DNA of 64,000 nucleotides, taken from contig CM059443.1 in the NCBI GenBank assembly GCA_030390025.1, forward strand, positions 66,588,001 to 66,652,000, written 5' to 3'. The number at the start of each line of letters is the position of its first letter. Within the stretch, counting starts at the first letter, position 1. The DNA comes from Squalus acanthias. Taxonomy: Eukaryota. Positions 24,068 through 37,300 of the stretch are shown in pieces. The notes beneath the pieces were generated by a model. The model did not search any database and was not told the DNA's origin. It saw only the letters and a list, made by a program, of their open reading frames with translations. A program made the position numbers and the translations under genes.

Positions 24068-26215
24068 CATCTCATCTGTGTTTGATGATGTTGGGAAGAA
24101 TATTGGTCAGGACATGGGATAAACCCCTGCTCCTCTTCGAATAGTACTATAGAAGCTACACATCCAACTCAATCATTGGAGCAAGCAGACGTTTAACATC
24201 TCATTTGAAGGACACGGCCTCTAACACTGCAGCTTATCAGCCCAGATCAGAGTCTTGAAGCTTTTGTTATTTTCAGCCGCATACGCTCATACCATGAAGC
24301 CTCAAAGACCACCTGTGAAGTCTGAATCAATTTTTCCATCAGTTTGCATATATCTCAGGCTGCAGATTTAAACTGATCTTGTTCTGATTTAGGATTTACC
24401 CACAATGAGGCAAAAGTGGTTAAAAATGGTCCTTTACAAACCTCTCGGGACTGCGAAATTCAAATAGGACAAACTAGCGAGTAAAAAATAAAGCACAAAG
24501 AGGGCCAAGTTGCCTGGGCTTTAACGGCTGGAATGCGAGGGACTCGGGGTTACATCTGGCCCTCGGCTTAGAATTACGCCTTTGTTATGTAGTAAAGCTT
24601 AAACTCATAGCCTTCTGACTCCTTTCATTCAAACTTGACCCAAAATGTTATAACTTTGTCATATCCACTAGAGTAACAAACACATTTATGATTTTTTTTC
24701 CCCCCCCTTTATTGGAATACCATTGGCCGGGACACAGGGCGAGCATATGAAAAAGCGTAGGACAAGAAAAATGTCATTCACGCCATCAAGCTCATCCTTT
24801 CAGTACTCCCAACTCACCCAGCCCAGCATTCAGCTGCATTTTGGACTCCCCAAATGTCTTTAACTCCACTGCCTTTAGGCACTACAATCCTAGTAAAATC
24901 TCTGCTGCTAATTTCAAGACAGAATTTGCATGCTCAGGCACTAAAGTGCCTTAATTTGAATGCAGAGGATAATCTTGGAGTGGACATTAATGCTGTGATA
25001 TGCTCCGGTGCAAATACGCAGAGAAAGGGAAGGAGCGGAAGAACTATGGAAAGGCCAATTTAAAAGGGTGTGTAGGTTGGAGATGAGAACCAAATGGAGG
25101 CCACGCCCACAATGACTGAGCGCACCATATAAGTCAAATTTCAGGTTTGTCCAGATACACCTAAGATTAGTCAAATGCATTCTCACTCTCTCACTTGCTC
25201 TCACTTAGCTGCAGTGTCAGAGCATGCAGGTTGTCTTGAAATACGCAGCAGGATTATTGAAACTGAAGCCACATTTTTTAGGAGAGTTCAGAATGCTGCC
25301 AAATACTGTGCTGGGTGAGTTGGAGTACTCGTGGGATGTCCCGAAAGGCATTTTCTCATCCTAGACTTGTGTTCTTACAGATTTTCTACTGAACTAGGGG
25401 TCTGAGGACCGACTGAAGGACTAGGCAATAGCTGAGTGGTTTGGTATTTTCAAGTTCCTTGGTTTCAGAATAGAACTCACCTGCCTGAACAACACGGCTG
25501 TGCACAACAGCAGGTGAATTTGAAATGGAGCACAGCACATGGGTGCGTGTGTATGTAAAGTCTCAAACTCTGGTTTAACTAATGCACCTGATTGATCTGA
25601 AATGTGAATCAAGGTGGGATTCCAATTTAAATGCTGAAAATTTGTGAGAAAATGGACTGCAGGTCTGTCTGGGTCTGGTTACGTTGTATGTTGAACTGAA
25701 AAAGGAAGGCAGGAGAGTGCTTTCAAAGGACTGGCGAAAACTGAGTGGGAAGGGGAGAACAGCAATTCAAAGGTCAAGGGTCGAATATGCTAAATACTAG
25801 AATGAAGCAGCAACTGGGCGTCGGTCTCTTTTCCTTGGTCTCCACATCAAAAGCAGGCATTGGAATGCCTTTAGGAGGCAGGGCTATCCCCACTCGGATG
25901 CAGCAGGTGAAAGGACTATTAAAATTTTACTATTTAATAAACATGTATATCCCACAGCTTTTTCTTTCTCTTCCTGGGGAAAAGTGCTTGGCCTCCACTT
26001 CGCAACTTCTCCAAAGTCACATGATTAAAATTGGGGGCTGACCTACTTCCCAAAACTCTGTGGTGCAACATTCCTGAGCGAGATCTTGGGATTGTAGCTT
26101 TCCATAAATGCTGAGTAACATTGCATTGAAATGTAGTTTGATGATGAAGATTCTAACGGGTAGCTCTATCTCTGTGCAGAGATTGCTTTGTTGATGCTAT
26201 TTCTGTTCTCCCCAG

Positions 26216-26445
26216 GTCAGGATCCCATACTTCCTAACCTGACTCCTCCCAGGAGTCCTGATTTAGGATTAGAGCGAGGGAAAGAGTTTAAGGAGAACAA
26301 AGAGCCGTCACCAAAGGTAAAGAGAAGGAGGAGTGTGAAAATCAGTAACGTGGGCCTGGAGCCCATACAGTGGCAGCACGACGCCTTACAGATCATTACC
26401 AGTGCCAATGATTTCAAGTGTATGAACGAATTCCTGCAAAAGAAG
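26216..26445 (+). CDS. myo9a: Myosin IXa exon ...KEFKENKEPSPKVKRRRSVKISNV...EFLQKK
   Basis: ccccag| and AAG|gtaagt; 230 nt, phase 1-0. Confidence 0.96.
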
Positions 26446-26514
26446 GTAAGTGTGAAGCTATAAGTTCATCCAGTCGCGGGTCCCGGTGGACAAAGCTGTA
26501 AAATGAATTATCAG

Positions 26515-26880
26515 AGGACTGGGTGATGCAATGAGTTGGGGCATGGCCTTTTGTCTCTGAGGCACAGATTCACATCCACACCAGACTTATGCAATGAAAC
26601 TTTTGCTGTCCTACAGTATAGTGCCTACATTAAATGAGTTTGGGACAATCCAATTCCTACTGGACAGAGGCTGGTCTGAGAGAAATGGGGAAAATGTAAC
26701 ACTGCCATAGCAAATGGCAATCTTCTGAGGTTAGGGAGGAAGTATGTTGTTTAGACAGGATGGAGAAAGTTTTACTTTGCAACTAACTGCTACACTGATA
26801 TGAGGGTGTTTAATACCAATACTTGGGCGTGAAATTGAAAAGTGTTCTATTTGCATCCCAAATATCCGTCACCTTGTTGT
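26515..26880 (+). mobile_element. Diverged LF-SINE-like element
   Basis: GCCTACATTAAATGAGTTTGGGACAATCCAATTCCTACTGGACAG resembles the recalled LF-SINE core; 5' part homologous to 46460-46612(-). Confidence 0.5.
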
Positions 26881-26992
26881 GCACAAAATTTACAAAATTT
26901 ATTTTAACAAACAGTGGGTATTCTCATGTTAACCAGTGCTCGCATTCATACTTAACGGATTATTCTATTTTTTTTTTGTGTTGCCTTTGCAG

Positions 26993-27109
26993 ATCACTGA
27001 CCTGGACACTGATGACTGCAAGAAAGATACATTTGTGGATGTTGTTTTTAAGAAATCTCTTAAGGAGTTCCGCTTAAATATCTTCAACTCTTACTCAACG
27101 GCTTTAGCG
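26993..27109 (+). CDS. myo9a: Myosin IXa exon ITDLDTDDCKKDTFVDVVFKKSLKEFR...
   Basis: tttgcag| and GCG|gtgagt; 117 nt, phase 0-0. Confidence 0.96.
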
Positions 27110-27451
27110 GTGAGTGCAGGTTCAGATTGGCCAGGGTTTTGGCATATGTTACATGGGGTGGGCAGTGCAGTGAAACATTCACAGTAAGCAGTAAATTGCA
27201 CAATGAGTAGTTCTCATTGGTTTTTTTTCTGGGATGAATATTTCTGCTCTGGTTCTGCAGAATTGCCCTAAGTTGGCCAAGCTGATGATGATTCATCACT
27301 GTGTTCCAGGATGGAGCAACTTGTTCTTAACTTTTGTGCGAGGGATGTAGGATTGATTGTACAAAGCTCCCACCATGAGAGGGGGTCTTGCCGGAACGTA
27401 ACCATGACAGTCTGTCCTTTTTGTTCAGTTGTAACGCCGTTTCTGTTGCAG

Positions 27452-27640
27452 ATGGACGATGGGAAGAGCATCCGGTACAAAGATCTGTATGCACTGTTTG
27501 AGCAGATTCTGGAGAAGACGATGAGGCAGGAGCGACGGGATTGGAACGAGTCACCTGTCAAAGTATGGGTCAACACCTTTAAGGTGTTCCTGGATGAGTT
27601 TATGATAGAATACAAAACTCTGGATGGCAACACTGGAAAG
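27452..27640 (+). CDS. myo9a: Myosin IXa exon MDDGKSIRYKDLYALFEQILEK...
   Basis: gttgcag| and AAG|gtgaga; 189 nt, phase 0-0. Confidence 0.97.
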
Positions 27641-28483
27641 GTGAGATGTTTAAAACATTCCACCCATACACTGAACAAACCTTTTTTTTTTGAGAGAAGC
27701 CGAGGTGAAAATCCAAGATCCACAATGTAGGGCACCACTAAGATTGAAATGGTTAACACAGAAAGTGAGGTAAATTGATAACTAGTGATTGGGTGACACC
27801 AAGCTTGGATTTCAACTGACCGTGGGAAGGGAAAACTGATGGAGGTAAGGAGTTTGGCTGAAAGTCCAAAAAAGAATGAGTTAAAGTAGCAGACGGCATG
27901 AGTTGAGGATACAGGGTGGAGAAAATTTGTGTAGCGGAGAGTTCAAAAAAGGCACAAACCAGAACTACATCTCCCCCGATTACCTAATGGGTATAGGCGT
28001 CATTCAGTCTCGAAAGTCCTGTGTTCAACTCCACGTTTGTGCCGAGTTAGTTGAAATGGGATGACGTTGGTGTGTGATGGGGAAATCATGCAGAAATCCT
28101 GTTCCTGATTGTTATCCAGTGACGCCGCCTGCGGATGTTGGTTGAGGACAGGTTTCAGCTCATCTGGCATTCTCTCCATGGTTGCATAGCCTGCCAACAC
28201 AGACTGTCTGGGCTGGCGTGTGAAGAATACCTATTTGGATGACTGCTGGCATCTGTGAAACCAAACCTCAGGAGCCAACCTGTTCCAGAAGGAGAGAAAA
28301 TTGGGGAAAAACAAGAGTGCTAAGAAGCCCTAGATTGATCAGATTTATTATTTCTAACAGCATGTGTTTAAATGTACGTACTAGCTTTTGTGTTTTCCTA
28401 GACATCTGTTGCTTAGAAACATGGGTGTGGGTGCATGCATGTACACACATGTTCACGCGCTTCAAAATTCAATTCTTTTTCAG

Positions 28484-28531
28484 GTGCAAAAAATCGAAAG
28501 AAAGAAGAGACGGAAAAAGGAAACTGATATT
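28484..28531 (+). CDS. myo9a: Myosin IXa exon VQKIERKKRRKKETDI
   Basis: tttttcag| and ATT|gtaagt; 48 nt, phase 0-0; basic stretch before C1. Confidence 0.93.
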
Positions 28532-28790
28532 GTAAGTAATTAATTATTGTCTGATTTCCCCCGGTCACATTCTGCGCTCGTTTTTTATGCAAAGCTCTTG
28601 TGTTCTGTTAGCATTCTCCGACTGCACCTATTTCCAGCCTGAGCTGGCTGCCCTCCTCCAGGTACTTCTGGGTCAGGCATCTGAAATTATTTTGTGGGGA
28701 TTGATTGTATCCTTCAGTTGGGATCATCCTTTACATATCACGATACCAGCCATTGTGTGTGTGTCTCTCGCGCTCTGCCCCTCGCGCTCT

Positions 28791-28825
<35 letters not shown>

Positions 28826-30687
28826 ATACTTTTTTTGAACTATTGCTACCTTATCAATAGACTGTTTTTCCTCCTTTGGGGGAAAAAAATGTGTAGCGAA
28901 AAATTCACATAAGCAACATCGTAGCATCAAAAACATGTTAGAAACTATAATTTGAATGATAGTGGTATTTTCAAAATATCAAGTATATTTCTGTGCAAAT
29001 TCAGGGCATCTCCTTCTGTCTGTGCTTTCTTCAAACTACTTGCCCCTGCCACCCCTATTAAGAGATGACCAAATAATTTACATAATTTTAGAGTAATCAA
29101 AAGTGCTGATAATGAAGTTTCAGATTTCTAATACTCCCAGGCGGCAGTGTCCCTAGCTACAGTAAACATTGCTGTTTTGAGCATTGTTGCCTGATTCCCA
29201 GACTGACTTCTAGCATTGGCGCCTAGTGTGTGACTATATGTAGTGCTATAATCCTTGTCCCCAGGGAGGTTTACATAGCTCTTGTAACATGTCCACTTAG
29301 TAACATAGAAACTTTTAAAGTGGTGTATAATCATATTTTTTGACTGGTGTTCTCAAAACATTAATTGCTTCTGAGACATGTTTGTTTGAGTGCATGTAAA
29401 ACACCAACTGCACATGGGCGCTACACAGAACGTACCCGACAGCTCAACGAGTTTAATTGAAGGTTGACCTTGATTGTTGGTTTTCTTGTCTTACGGCTGT
29501 ATTCTCTCTACAGTCCCTCACCTGTATTGCATCTTGTTACTTACAGTTCATCATCTGTGACGTTCATTTTGCTGCTGCCTTGGGAAATGTTGACACATTC
29601 TGCTGTGTAGTAGCACATGCCTTGTTCAGCTGGTTGTGATGCACCAAGAATAGTTTAGCTCATTCTACTGGTGCTACAGTCACTTTGTATCCAATATGCA
29701 AAGGTTTCCTTTGGCACTGTCTACAGGGCAGCTATAGAGTAATTTACGTGCTTTCACAAAGGATTAATGTCTTGATTTAACAACTCAAGCCAACAGGCAT
29801 TCTTGGTGCTGTATTGCTTGCAGCTGCTCTCAATGTTAAGTCCCCTCCACTCTGCTTTTTTGTATTATTTTGGGATAGTTTATTTCTGAGGAAGAATGTT
29901 AGATTAATTGCCTTACATAGGGTCTTTCTCATTTGAATGTAGTGCAGCCTCCACATACGAAGGTCCGTCCCTACGTGCCCCATGGCTCGCTCTGACTTGC
30001 TGTACTTTCAGCTTATTTTGTGTGTATTTAATTCATTACATCAACTGGTCTCTTTGGCACCTCTTTCCAAAAGAACATTGTATGCTCGCAGTTCGAGGCA
30101 CTGTATATGATGTGTTGGGTGGATTGTGTGACTGATACAGCTCCTATTATCATCTAAGGGGTCAGTGCCCTGGTGGATTCTATTCTGCTCTCACCCTGCC
30201 GGTTTGGATAACAGCCTTTTTATTGATGTTGTTGAATAAAGTATTGTCAAAGATTAAAGAAGGTCATATCTATAACATGTAATCTAACATGAACCTGTGG
30301 GTTAACTTTAAAACTCCATTGTCTGTTATCTGAGCATTGTATTTGTGGAGCAGCAACCCCTGAACAATATCTTAGACTCATTTCTCACCTGTAGAATTTC
30401 AGTATTTTTTAAATCCAATTTGATAATGTGTTTGAACATTCAAATTATGTTGAAATAATACAAATGTGAAGTTTATTTTAACGGTTAAGGGTATCTATTT
30501 TAGGGAATCCTCCTGCTCCATCTCTCTACAGTTTGTGTAACCATAGTTCCAGTGCAGTAGGTGTGCTGGGGTTGATTTTCTATTGCGGTAATAGGAATGA
30601 TGCATGCAATTTCTTTTTTTGACCTATACTTTATCGCTGGCCCTTAAATATGAATGATTTTATGGACCCGAGTATGTCTGATTACAG

Positions 30688-30799
30688 GTGGAAGAGTACA
30701 ATGGTCACATTTTCAAATCGACACAGTACAGTATCCCCACCTACTGCGAGTGCTGCTCCTCCCTTATCTGGATGATGGACAGAGCCTGTGTCTGCAAGT
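30688..30799 (+). CDS. myo9a: Myosin IXa C1 zinc finger, part 1 (HIFKSTQYSIPTYCECC...CVCK)
   Basis: attacag| and T|gtaagt; 112 nt, phase 0-1. Confidence 0.97.
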
Positions 30800-30884
30800 G
30801 TAAGTTCCTAGAGATATTGCAGCAGAATTTAAGAGCAGGGAAAGATTTTTGGGTCCAACAAATTCATACTTTTTAATAGATCCC

Positions 30885-31145
30885 TCCTTTCTCGCCGTAT
30901 CCCCGGTCCCTTCTCGCCGTATCCCCGGTCCCTTCTCGCCGTATCCCCGGTCCCTTCTCGCCGTATCCCCGGTCCCTTCTCGCCGTATCCCCGGTCCCTT
31001 CTCGCCGTATCCCCGGTCCCTTCTCGCCGTATCCCCGGTCCCTTCTCGCCGTATCCCCGGTCCCTTCTCGCCGTATCCCCGGTCCTTTCTCGCCGTATCC
31101 CCGGTCCCTTCTCGCCGTATCCCCGGTCCCTTCTCGTCGTATCCC
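30885..31145. repeat. 22-bp minisatellite (TCCCTTCTCGCCGTATCCCCGG) x12 inside an old CR1 3' end
   Basis: CTCGCCGTAT recurs every 22 nt from 30891 to 31133; the flank 31146-31270(-) encodes IIELWNKLP...QLNAFLE. Confidence 0.95.
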
Positions 31146-31276
31146 ACGATCTGCTGTCTCTCCAGAAATGCATTTAATTGTCTCCATAGGACCATTTGTA
31201 CTATCCACCTCAATGGCCTATTGTCCTTCCCTGGCAACTTATTCCATAATTCTATTATAGTTTGGGTTAAAAAATA

Positions 31277-31740
31277 GGGGTACGGTAGCACAGTGATTAT
31301 GTTACTGGACTAATGATCCGGAGACGCGAGTTCAAATCCCACCACGGCAGCTAGGGGAGTTTAAATTCAGTTAATTAAATAAATCTGGAATTAAAAAGCT
31401 TGTATCCGTAATGGTGAGCATGAAACTACCAGATTGTCGTAAAAACCCAACTGGTTCACTAATGTCCTTTAGGGAAGGAAATCTGCCGTCCTTACCTGGT
31501 CTGGCCTATATGTGACTCCAGACCCACAGCTATGTGGTTGACTCTTAACCGCCCTCTGAAATGGCCCAGCAAGCCACTCAGTTGTACCAAACAGCTACGA
31601 CAAAGTCAGCTCCTTCACCACAAGGACTGCAGTGGTTCAAGAAGGCGGCTCACCACCACCTTCTCGAGGGCAATTTGGGATGGGCAATAAATGTCGACCT
31701 TGCCAGCGACGCCCACATCCCGTGAACAAATAAATTAAAA
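31277..31740 (+). mobile_element. Near full-length tRNA-derived SINE with CR1-like 3' tail
   Basis: A/B-box-like GGTAGCACAGTG...GAGTTCAAATCC; 3' ~110 nt matches the LINE tail at 92-200(-); A-rich end; diverged relative at about 32840-33070. Confidence 0.8.
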
Positions 31741-31998
31741 AATTCCACCAGTCTTCCCTCACACAACTTTCTAATTTTTAATTGTGCCCAATTTATCTGT
31801 ACAGTTGCATGTGTGATAATGGGGCAGCCTCTTATCAGATGTTGATGTTTGGAGTATTACACCACCGTTTGTACTGCATCTAAGCACGGTCTAGTCAAAT
31901 GAGTGACAGACCTTTCAGTGTTAAATTTTAATAGCAATCTCTCTATGCATGTTCACATGAAATAATTTTGTAACTTTGTCCACCCTTTTTTTCCTCAG

Positions 31999-32060
31999 TG
32001 TGTAGGTATGCCTGCCATAGGAAGTGCTGCTTGAAAACTACCATCAAATGCTCCAAAAAG
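31999..32060 (+). CDS. myo9a: Myosin IXa C1 zinc finger, part 2 (LCRYACHRKCCLKTTIKCSKK)
   Basis: ttcctcag| and AAG|gtagga; 62 nt, phase 1-0; completes the His/Cys ligands. Confidence 0.97.
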
Positions 32061-34722
32061 GTAGGAATTAGCATCACTCTTGATCCATTTTATGGAGTGC
32101 TATGTGAATGACGAGTTTGCATTTTTAAATCAACTTTTTTGTTCAGACTTTACCAGGGTGTGCTCACTGACCTGATGGGGTCATGCACATCAACTTCAAA
32201 CCAACTGCAGTTTCAAAAAAAAACTGACAACTCAAAAGAAACAGCCCTGAACATAGCCAATTACATGTAGATACATTGAAAGTGCAGGGGGTCATGGGTT
32301 TGTTGTAATATAAGCTGTAGGTATACCTCTAAGTCTAATTACAGCACATTTAAGGCGCAGTAGAAATAATTTTAGTTTCCCTCCTACCTGAATGCAGAGT
32401 GTGACAGTCTAGAGGAAGCTTTACTCGGTATCTAACCTGCGCTGGTAGTGGCTGATGAGGACACTGGAAGTGTTTGCTGAGGCATTTATAAAAAAAAAAA
32501 AAAAAAAATTTACAAATTAAAATTTGAGACAAAGTTAATGCTGGAACAGAATCCAACAACATCGTAAATGTAGAGTAGTAGGTCAATATGCATCTGAAAG
32601 TTTTGGGTATAATCCTCGATCAGATGCTGATTGATTGGTAATGTGCTTTGAACATTTTCTGGAAATAAGATTTCTTTTTGCTAAAGGTAATGTTGCTGCT
32701 CGAGGTTTTGGGGACTCTTCACTATTGTGTAAGCCTTGTTTATGAAAATAGTCCTGTCCCCAAATAGGTAGTGTAATGGCAAGGTAAGGCCATTTGATAT
32801 TTGCCAAGGAGGCCCTGATTATGCGATAATTTATGAGCTGGCACCAGGAACAATATAGCTCTGAAAGCTGCTGGATCATTGTTAAAACCCAACTGGTTCA
32901 TTCATTTCCTTCAGGGAAGGCCACCTGCCACCCCCACCCAGTCTGGCCTACACATAACAAGTTCCACACTACGTGTGCTCTCTGAAGTAGCCTAGCAAGC
33001 CACTCAGTTATAAAAACATTGCAGTGATACAGAAGATCCACCATCACCTTTCCACGGTAACTGGGAACATTTTTTTAAAGGGTTGTGGGGGCGCAGTGCT
33101 CAATGCAGGCCTGGGAGTTCAGTGCTTCCTGGTTCCCACTGATATGAGTAAGAGAATCTAGCTCTGTGTTTTTTACTTTTAGACAGAAACATGATATCTT
33201 ATGAGAAACACAAATAAAAATGGTTTCTGCTGCCATTGGAATAAAGATGGGGTAGTTCACAAGCACAGCTGAGTGGGAGAATCTCGCCTTTGCTGTGACC
33301 GAGCATCTTGTGGAATGCTGGCACCTTTCCTACACTGCAATTAAGAAGCAGATGTACGGAGAGTGCAGGTACTTTCAGGCTTCAATTCTGCACCACATAC
33401 TCTGCAAACAAATTCTAAATCCCATTTAGCACAGCAATAAAATTAGCAGCTTCCTGTGGTAATTAATTGGTTTTACTCAAGGGTGTTGAATTTTAACAAT
33501 CTAAATGCAAAAGATACAGAGGGAACCCTGTAAAAGTCAGTAAAGCAGTCAAGTAAGTGGCCCTACATTGAAAATATTAGTAAATGCCCAGAACATAAAA
33601 TTCCCTATCTGGGTTTTATTGGGGATTTTACAGCCTTTTTCCTCAGTGTAAATTGTCAAAGCTTCATAGCTGTAAATTGGTTTGTGAACGATGCATAATA
33701 CCCTACTTGTTTGATGTAGGTGTTTGATTTAGTGCTGAACATACACTTCCTCTGCTTATGGTACACATCGAAAAGGCTGCAGCAAACAATGTTGATTTTG
33801 AAGTGGCTGCTTTACCACAATAATATTGGTCAGTTCTTTAAAAAAGACTGATTTAAACATGTTACCCTGTTTGTAGTACAATGCAGAACCAAACTGGGTA
33901 TGAGAAGAAAGCACCGAGGGTGACAGGCACATGGGGAATCGAGTGTGAGTTGACACCACCAGTAGAGGAAGTTAGGAAATTGGAGTGTGGTTTATGAAGG
34001 ATGCCTATTATCCTATGTGTGTGACATTTAAGAGGACAATAGTTCTGATATAGTCCAATCTACACCCGCTTTAGGGGCAAATTGATGTGTAAGTGGAGCT
34101 AAACTTGGATGAGTCCAATTCTGATGAACCAAACCGAAGCAGATTCTGTCTGCTGTATGCGGAGAGGTATAACTCAAAGCAGTGAGTGCTTCCCTGTGAG
34201 TAGACTTGTGTTTCACGCTGGGTTGTGTGTGTGGCCCTTGCTTGGGACGCAAGAGTTTTCTGTCCACTCCACCGATGCCATTTTCTCCATTCCTGCCCTG
34301 AAGGTGCTGACTCTTGCTAACATGTAGTTCTATGGTACTGCTGTCCATCAGTACTTTGCCCAAATCGCTGTTGTTCACATGGAGCCTTAGATGTTGAGCA
34401 TTGGCAGTCAGTTTAGTTGTGCACCCAATCTAATCTTTACCCAGCGTCTGTATGCACACAGGTGCACTTTACAGGAGGAATTACTCCATAATTATCAGAA
34501 CCTGTGGCTAATTATATTTTCCTCCATCCCCGAGTGCTGAGGCTAATTATAGTGCTCCTGCTGCCAGCTAACTCAACAGACGAGATGAAATCTGGGGCCT
34601 CCTGTTCTTTATTACTCACTCCATACTGGGCAGCACGATCTACCAGCTGAGACATGGGAGGAATTTGGACTAATTATATTTGGCTGCCACTGTCTCACAC
34701 TTGTCTTCTCATTGACTTACAG

Positions 34723-34915
34723 TATGACCCTGAGCTATCGTCTCGGCAGTTTGGAGTGGAGGTCTCCCGATTAACCAACGACGAAAGGACAGTTCCGCTG
34801 GTGGTGGAGAAACTGATCAACTACATTGAAATGCATGGCCTGTATACCGAGGGAATCTATCGAAAGTCAGGATCGACCAACAAAATCAAGGAGCTCAAAC
34901 AGGGCCTGGACACGG
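34723..34915 (+). CDS. myo9a: Myosin IXa RhoGAP exon 1 (arginine finger EGIYRKSG)
   Basis: cttacag| and G|gtaagg; 193 nt, phase 0-1. Confidence 0.98.
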
Positions 34916-35425
34916 GTAAGGAAGATTTACAAATGGAGCTGGGCACATTGACAGGTTCCCGCAGCTCAGTAACATGGAATCTGTTCTGCGGCGGTCATTG
35001 GGTATCCGTAAACTTAAAACTGAATCCTACAAAACTTAATACCGTGCAATGCACATCTCTGTACTAGAGTTTTGTAAATATTATCAAGGGTTATAACTAA
35101 AGTTATAATGATGATGGGGTATATTTCTATATTTCATCGTTGCTGGGTCAAAATTCTGGAACGCCCTACCTAACAGCACTGTGGGAGCACCTTCACCACA
35201 CGGACTGCATGTTCAAAAAGAAAGCTCACCACCACCTTCTCAGTGACAACTAGGGATGTGCAATAAATACCGGCCTCGCCAGCGACGCCCACATCCCGAG
35301 AATGATTTTTTTTTTAAATATGCGACTTGGGTGGTTCACATTTCTAGTTGTAGAAGGTTGAGGGGGAGAGTCAAAGCCATCTGCTATTTCTTTGTTTCTG
35401 GACTGACTGGAATTTCTTCCTGCAG

Positions 35426-35554
35426 ATATTAACAGCATGAATCTGGACGAGTATAACATTCACGTTATCGCCAGTGTTTTCAAACAGTGGCTGAGGGACC
35501 TTCCTAATCCGCTGATGACCTTTGAACTCTACGATGAGGTTCTGCGAGCAATGG
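35426..35554 (+). CDS. myo9a: Myosin IXa RhoGAP exon 2 (NIHVIASVFKQWLRDLPNPLMTF)
   Basis: cctgcag| and G|gtaagc; 129 nt, phase 1-1. Confidence 0.97.
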
Positions 35555-37300
35555 GTAAGCAGGAGTTGTAACCCCAGTTCTCTGAATCATAGAAATGGAT
35601 TCAGTCATTTCAGCAGAACACAAAATAAGCAAAAAAAACAAAGCATTCAACTGGTCACTGGCCTTTTCTTGTAGTGTAATATTTAGCTGCAGTGATCAAT
35701 TTCCTATGTATCCAGTAAAATAAGTTTGTTTCTGGCCTAATCTGAAGTGTCATTTTGGCTCAATTAGTTGCTCTTCCCTCCGAGTCAGAAGGTTGTGGTT
35801 TTCTAAGGCCCACTCCCAAGATTTGAGCACTCCAGTGTTGTACTGAGGGAGTGCTGCATTGTTGGATGAGATGTTAAGCTAAGGTTCCATCTGGTGGTTC
35901 AGGATGTTATAATCCCATGACATTGTACTACAATATCAGCTTGCACTTTATAGCGCCTTTCGTTCACAAAATTTTGCACAGTGCTTTATTTGGGCTTGGG
36001 GGTGGGGGTGGGGGGAAGCAAGGAATCTGAGCAGGAGAAGAGAAGGAATTGAGAGGGGGGGGTTGGTGAGGTGTCCAAAAGCACAGTTAGAGGTAGGTTT
36101 TGAAGAAGCTTTTGGAGGTGGGGAGTTTAAGAAGTTAATTCGTGGAAGATTTGTAAACAAGGATGAGGTTTTTGAAGCCAATGTGCTGTGGAATGACGAG
36201 GCATTATTAAGGATGGGAAGTGATGATTCAGGTTAGGGTAAGAGTGGCAGAGTGCTGAACAAGTTTGACTTTTTCTACGATTGGACTTGGGAAGCCAGTG
36301 AGCTGAGCATTGGAGAAATCAACCTGGAAGTAGGCAGCTCCCAACAAAAACAGGGAGGTCTCCCAATATCCTGGCCAACGTTTCTCCTTCAATCAATTTT
36401 GCCAAGAGACAGATTAACTGAACGCATCTCATTACTGTTAATAAGATCTTGCTGTGAGCAAAATGGCTCCCACGTTTGTCAAGCAAAGAACAGTCACTGA
36501 ATTTCAAAGTAATTCATTGTACTTTTGAGACACCTCCTGAAGGCTCCAGATATATGTCACTTTTCAGTCACATGATATGCAAGCAGTAGTCACCTGTCCG
36601 TTGCCCATCAAGACATCTCGCCAAAAAAATGCATATTGCAGTCTCTGTTGCATTGTAACAGTTGTTAAGGTCGGGTTGAGGTAACGGTAGTAAACTGCTC
36701 AAAATTTGAGTTGCTGTCTTGCAACATGTTCCAGCCTACGTGCTACCCTGCAGATCTGATGTAATCCATCTGATGTTTCTTCCCTCCCCCTGTGTCTCCA
36801 TCCTTTCTGAAAGGGCTTATTGTTGCTGGGGTATAGTTTTACTAGTGCCAGCAGCCCTCTTGTGCCTCACCACCTCAAGTGGCCATTCCTCATATGAGTG
36901 TCAGCAGGTTATTCAATACGAGTGGTCGGGGAACCACTCCTGCTCCTAGTTTCCACTGAACTCGATCCTCTCCTCACTCAAGGTCCACATGTGCACTTTC
37001 TAGCTGAAGTTGCATGATAATGATCAGGAACGGGACTTTTGGCTCATTTTCCTCTTCCCCAACCCAGAGGTGCTGAAGCTAATTGTAACATCCTACTGCC
37101 GCATTGACGAATTAGCTAACTCGCCACAGAACAGGACTGGGACCTGGAACTTTCTTGTTCTGTATGATGAAGCATTTCACAATATAAGTAAATGATGTTT
37201 ACCAGAATTACAGCCTGGCATTCAGTCTTGGTATGATTTTCCATCACATGATTGAAATGCAGCTTCTGATGAGATAAAAAATTATTTTGTGTAATCACAG

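Noticed and set aside
30764-31291. Overlapping repetitive ORFs, and a possible CRISPR-like array
   Set aside because: Produced by a 22-bp tandem repeat with no spacers; eukaryotic intron.
31277-31350. tRNA-like sequence
   Set aside because: A SINE head without a full cloverleaf; not a tRNA gene.
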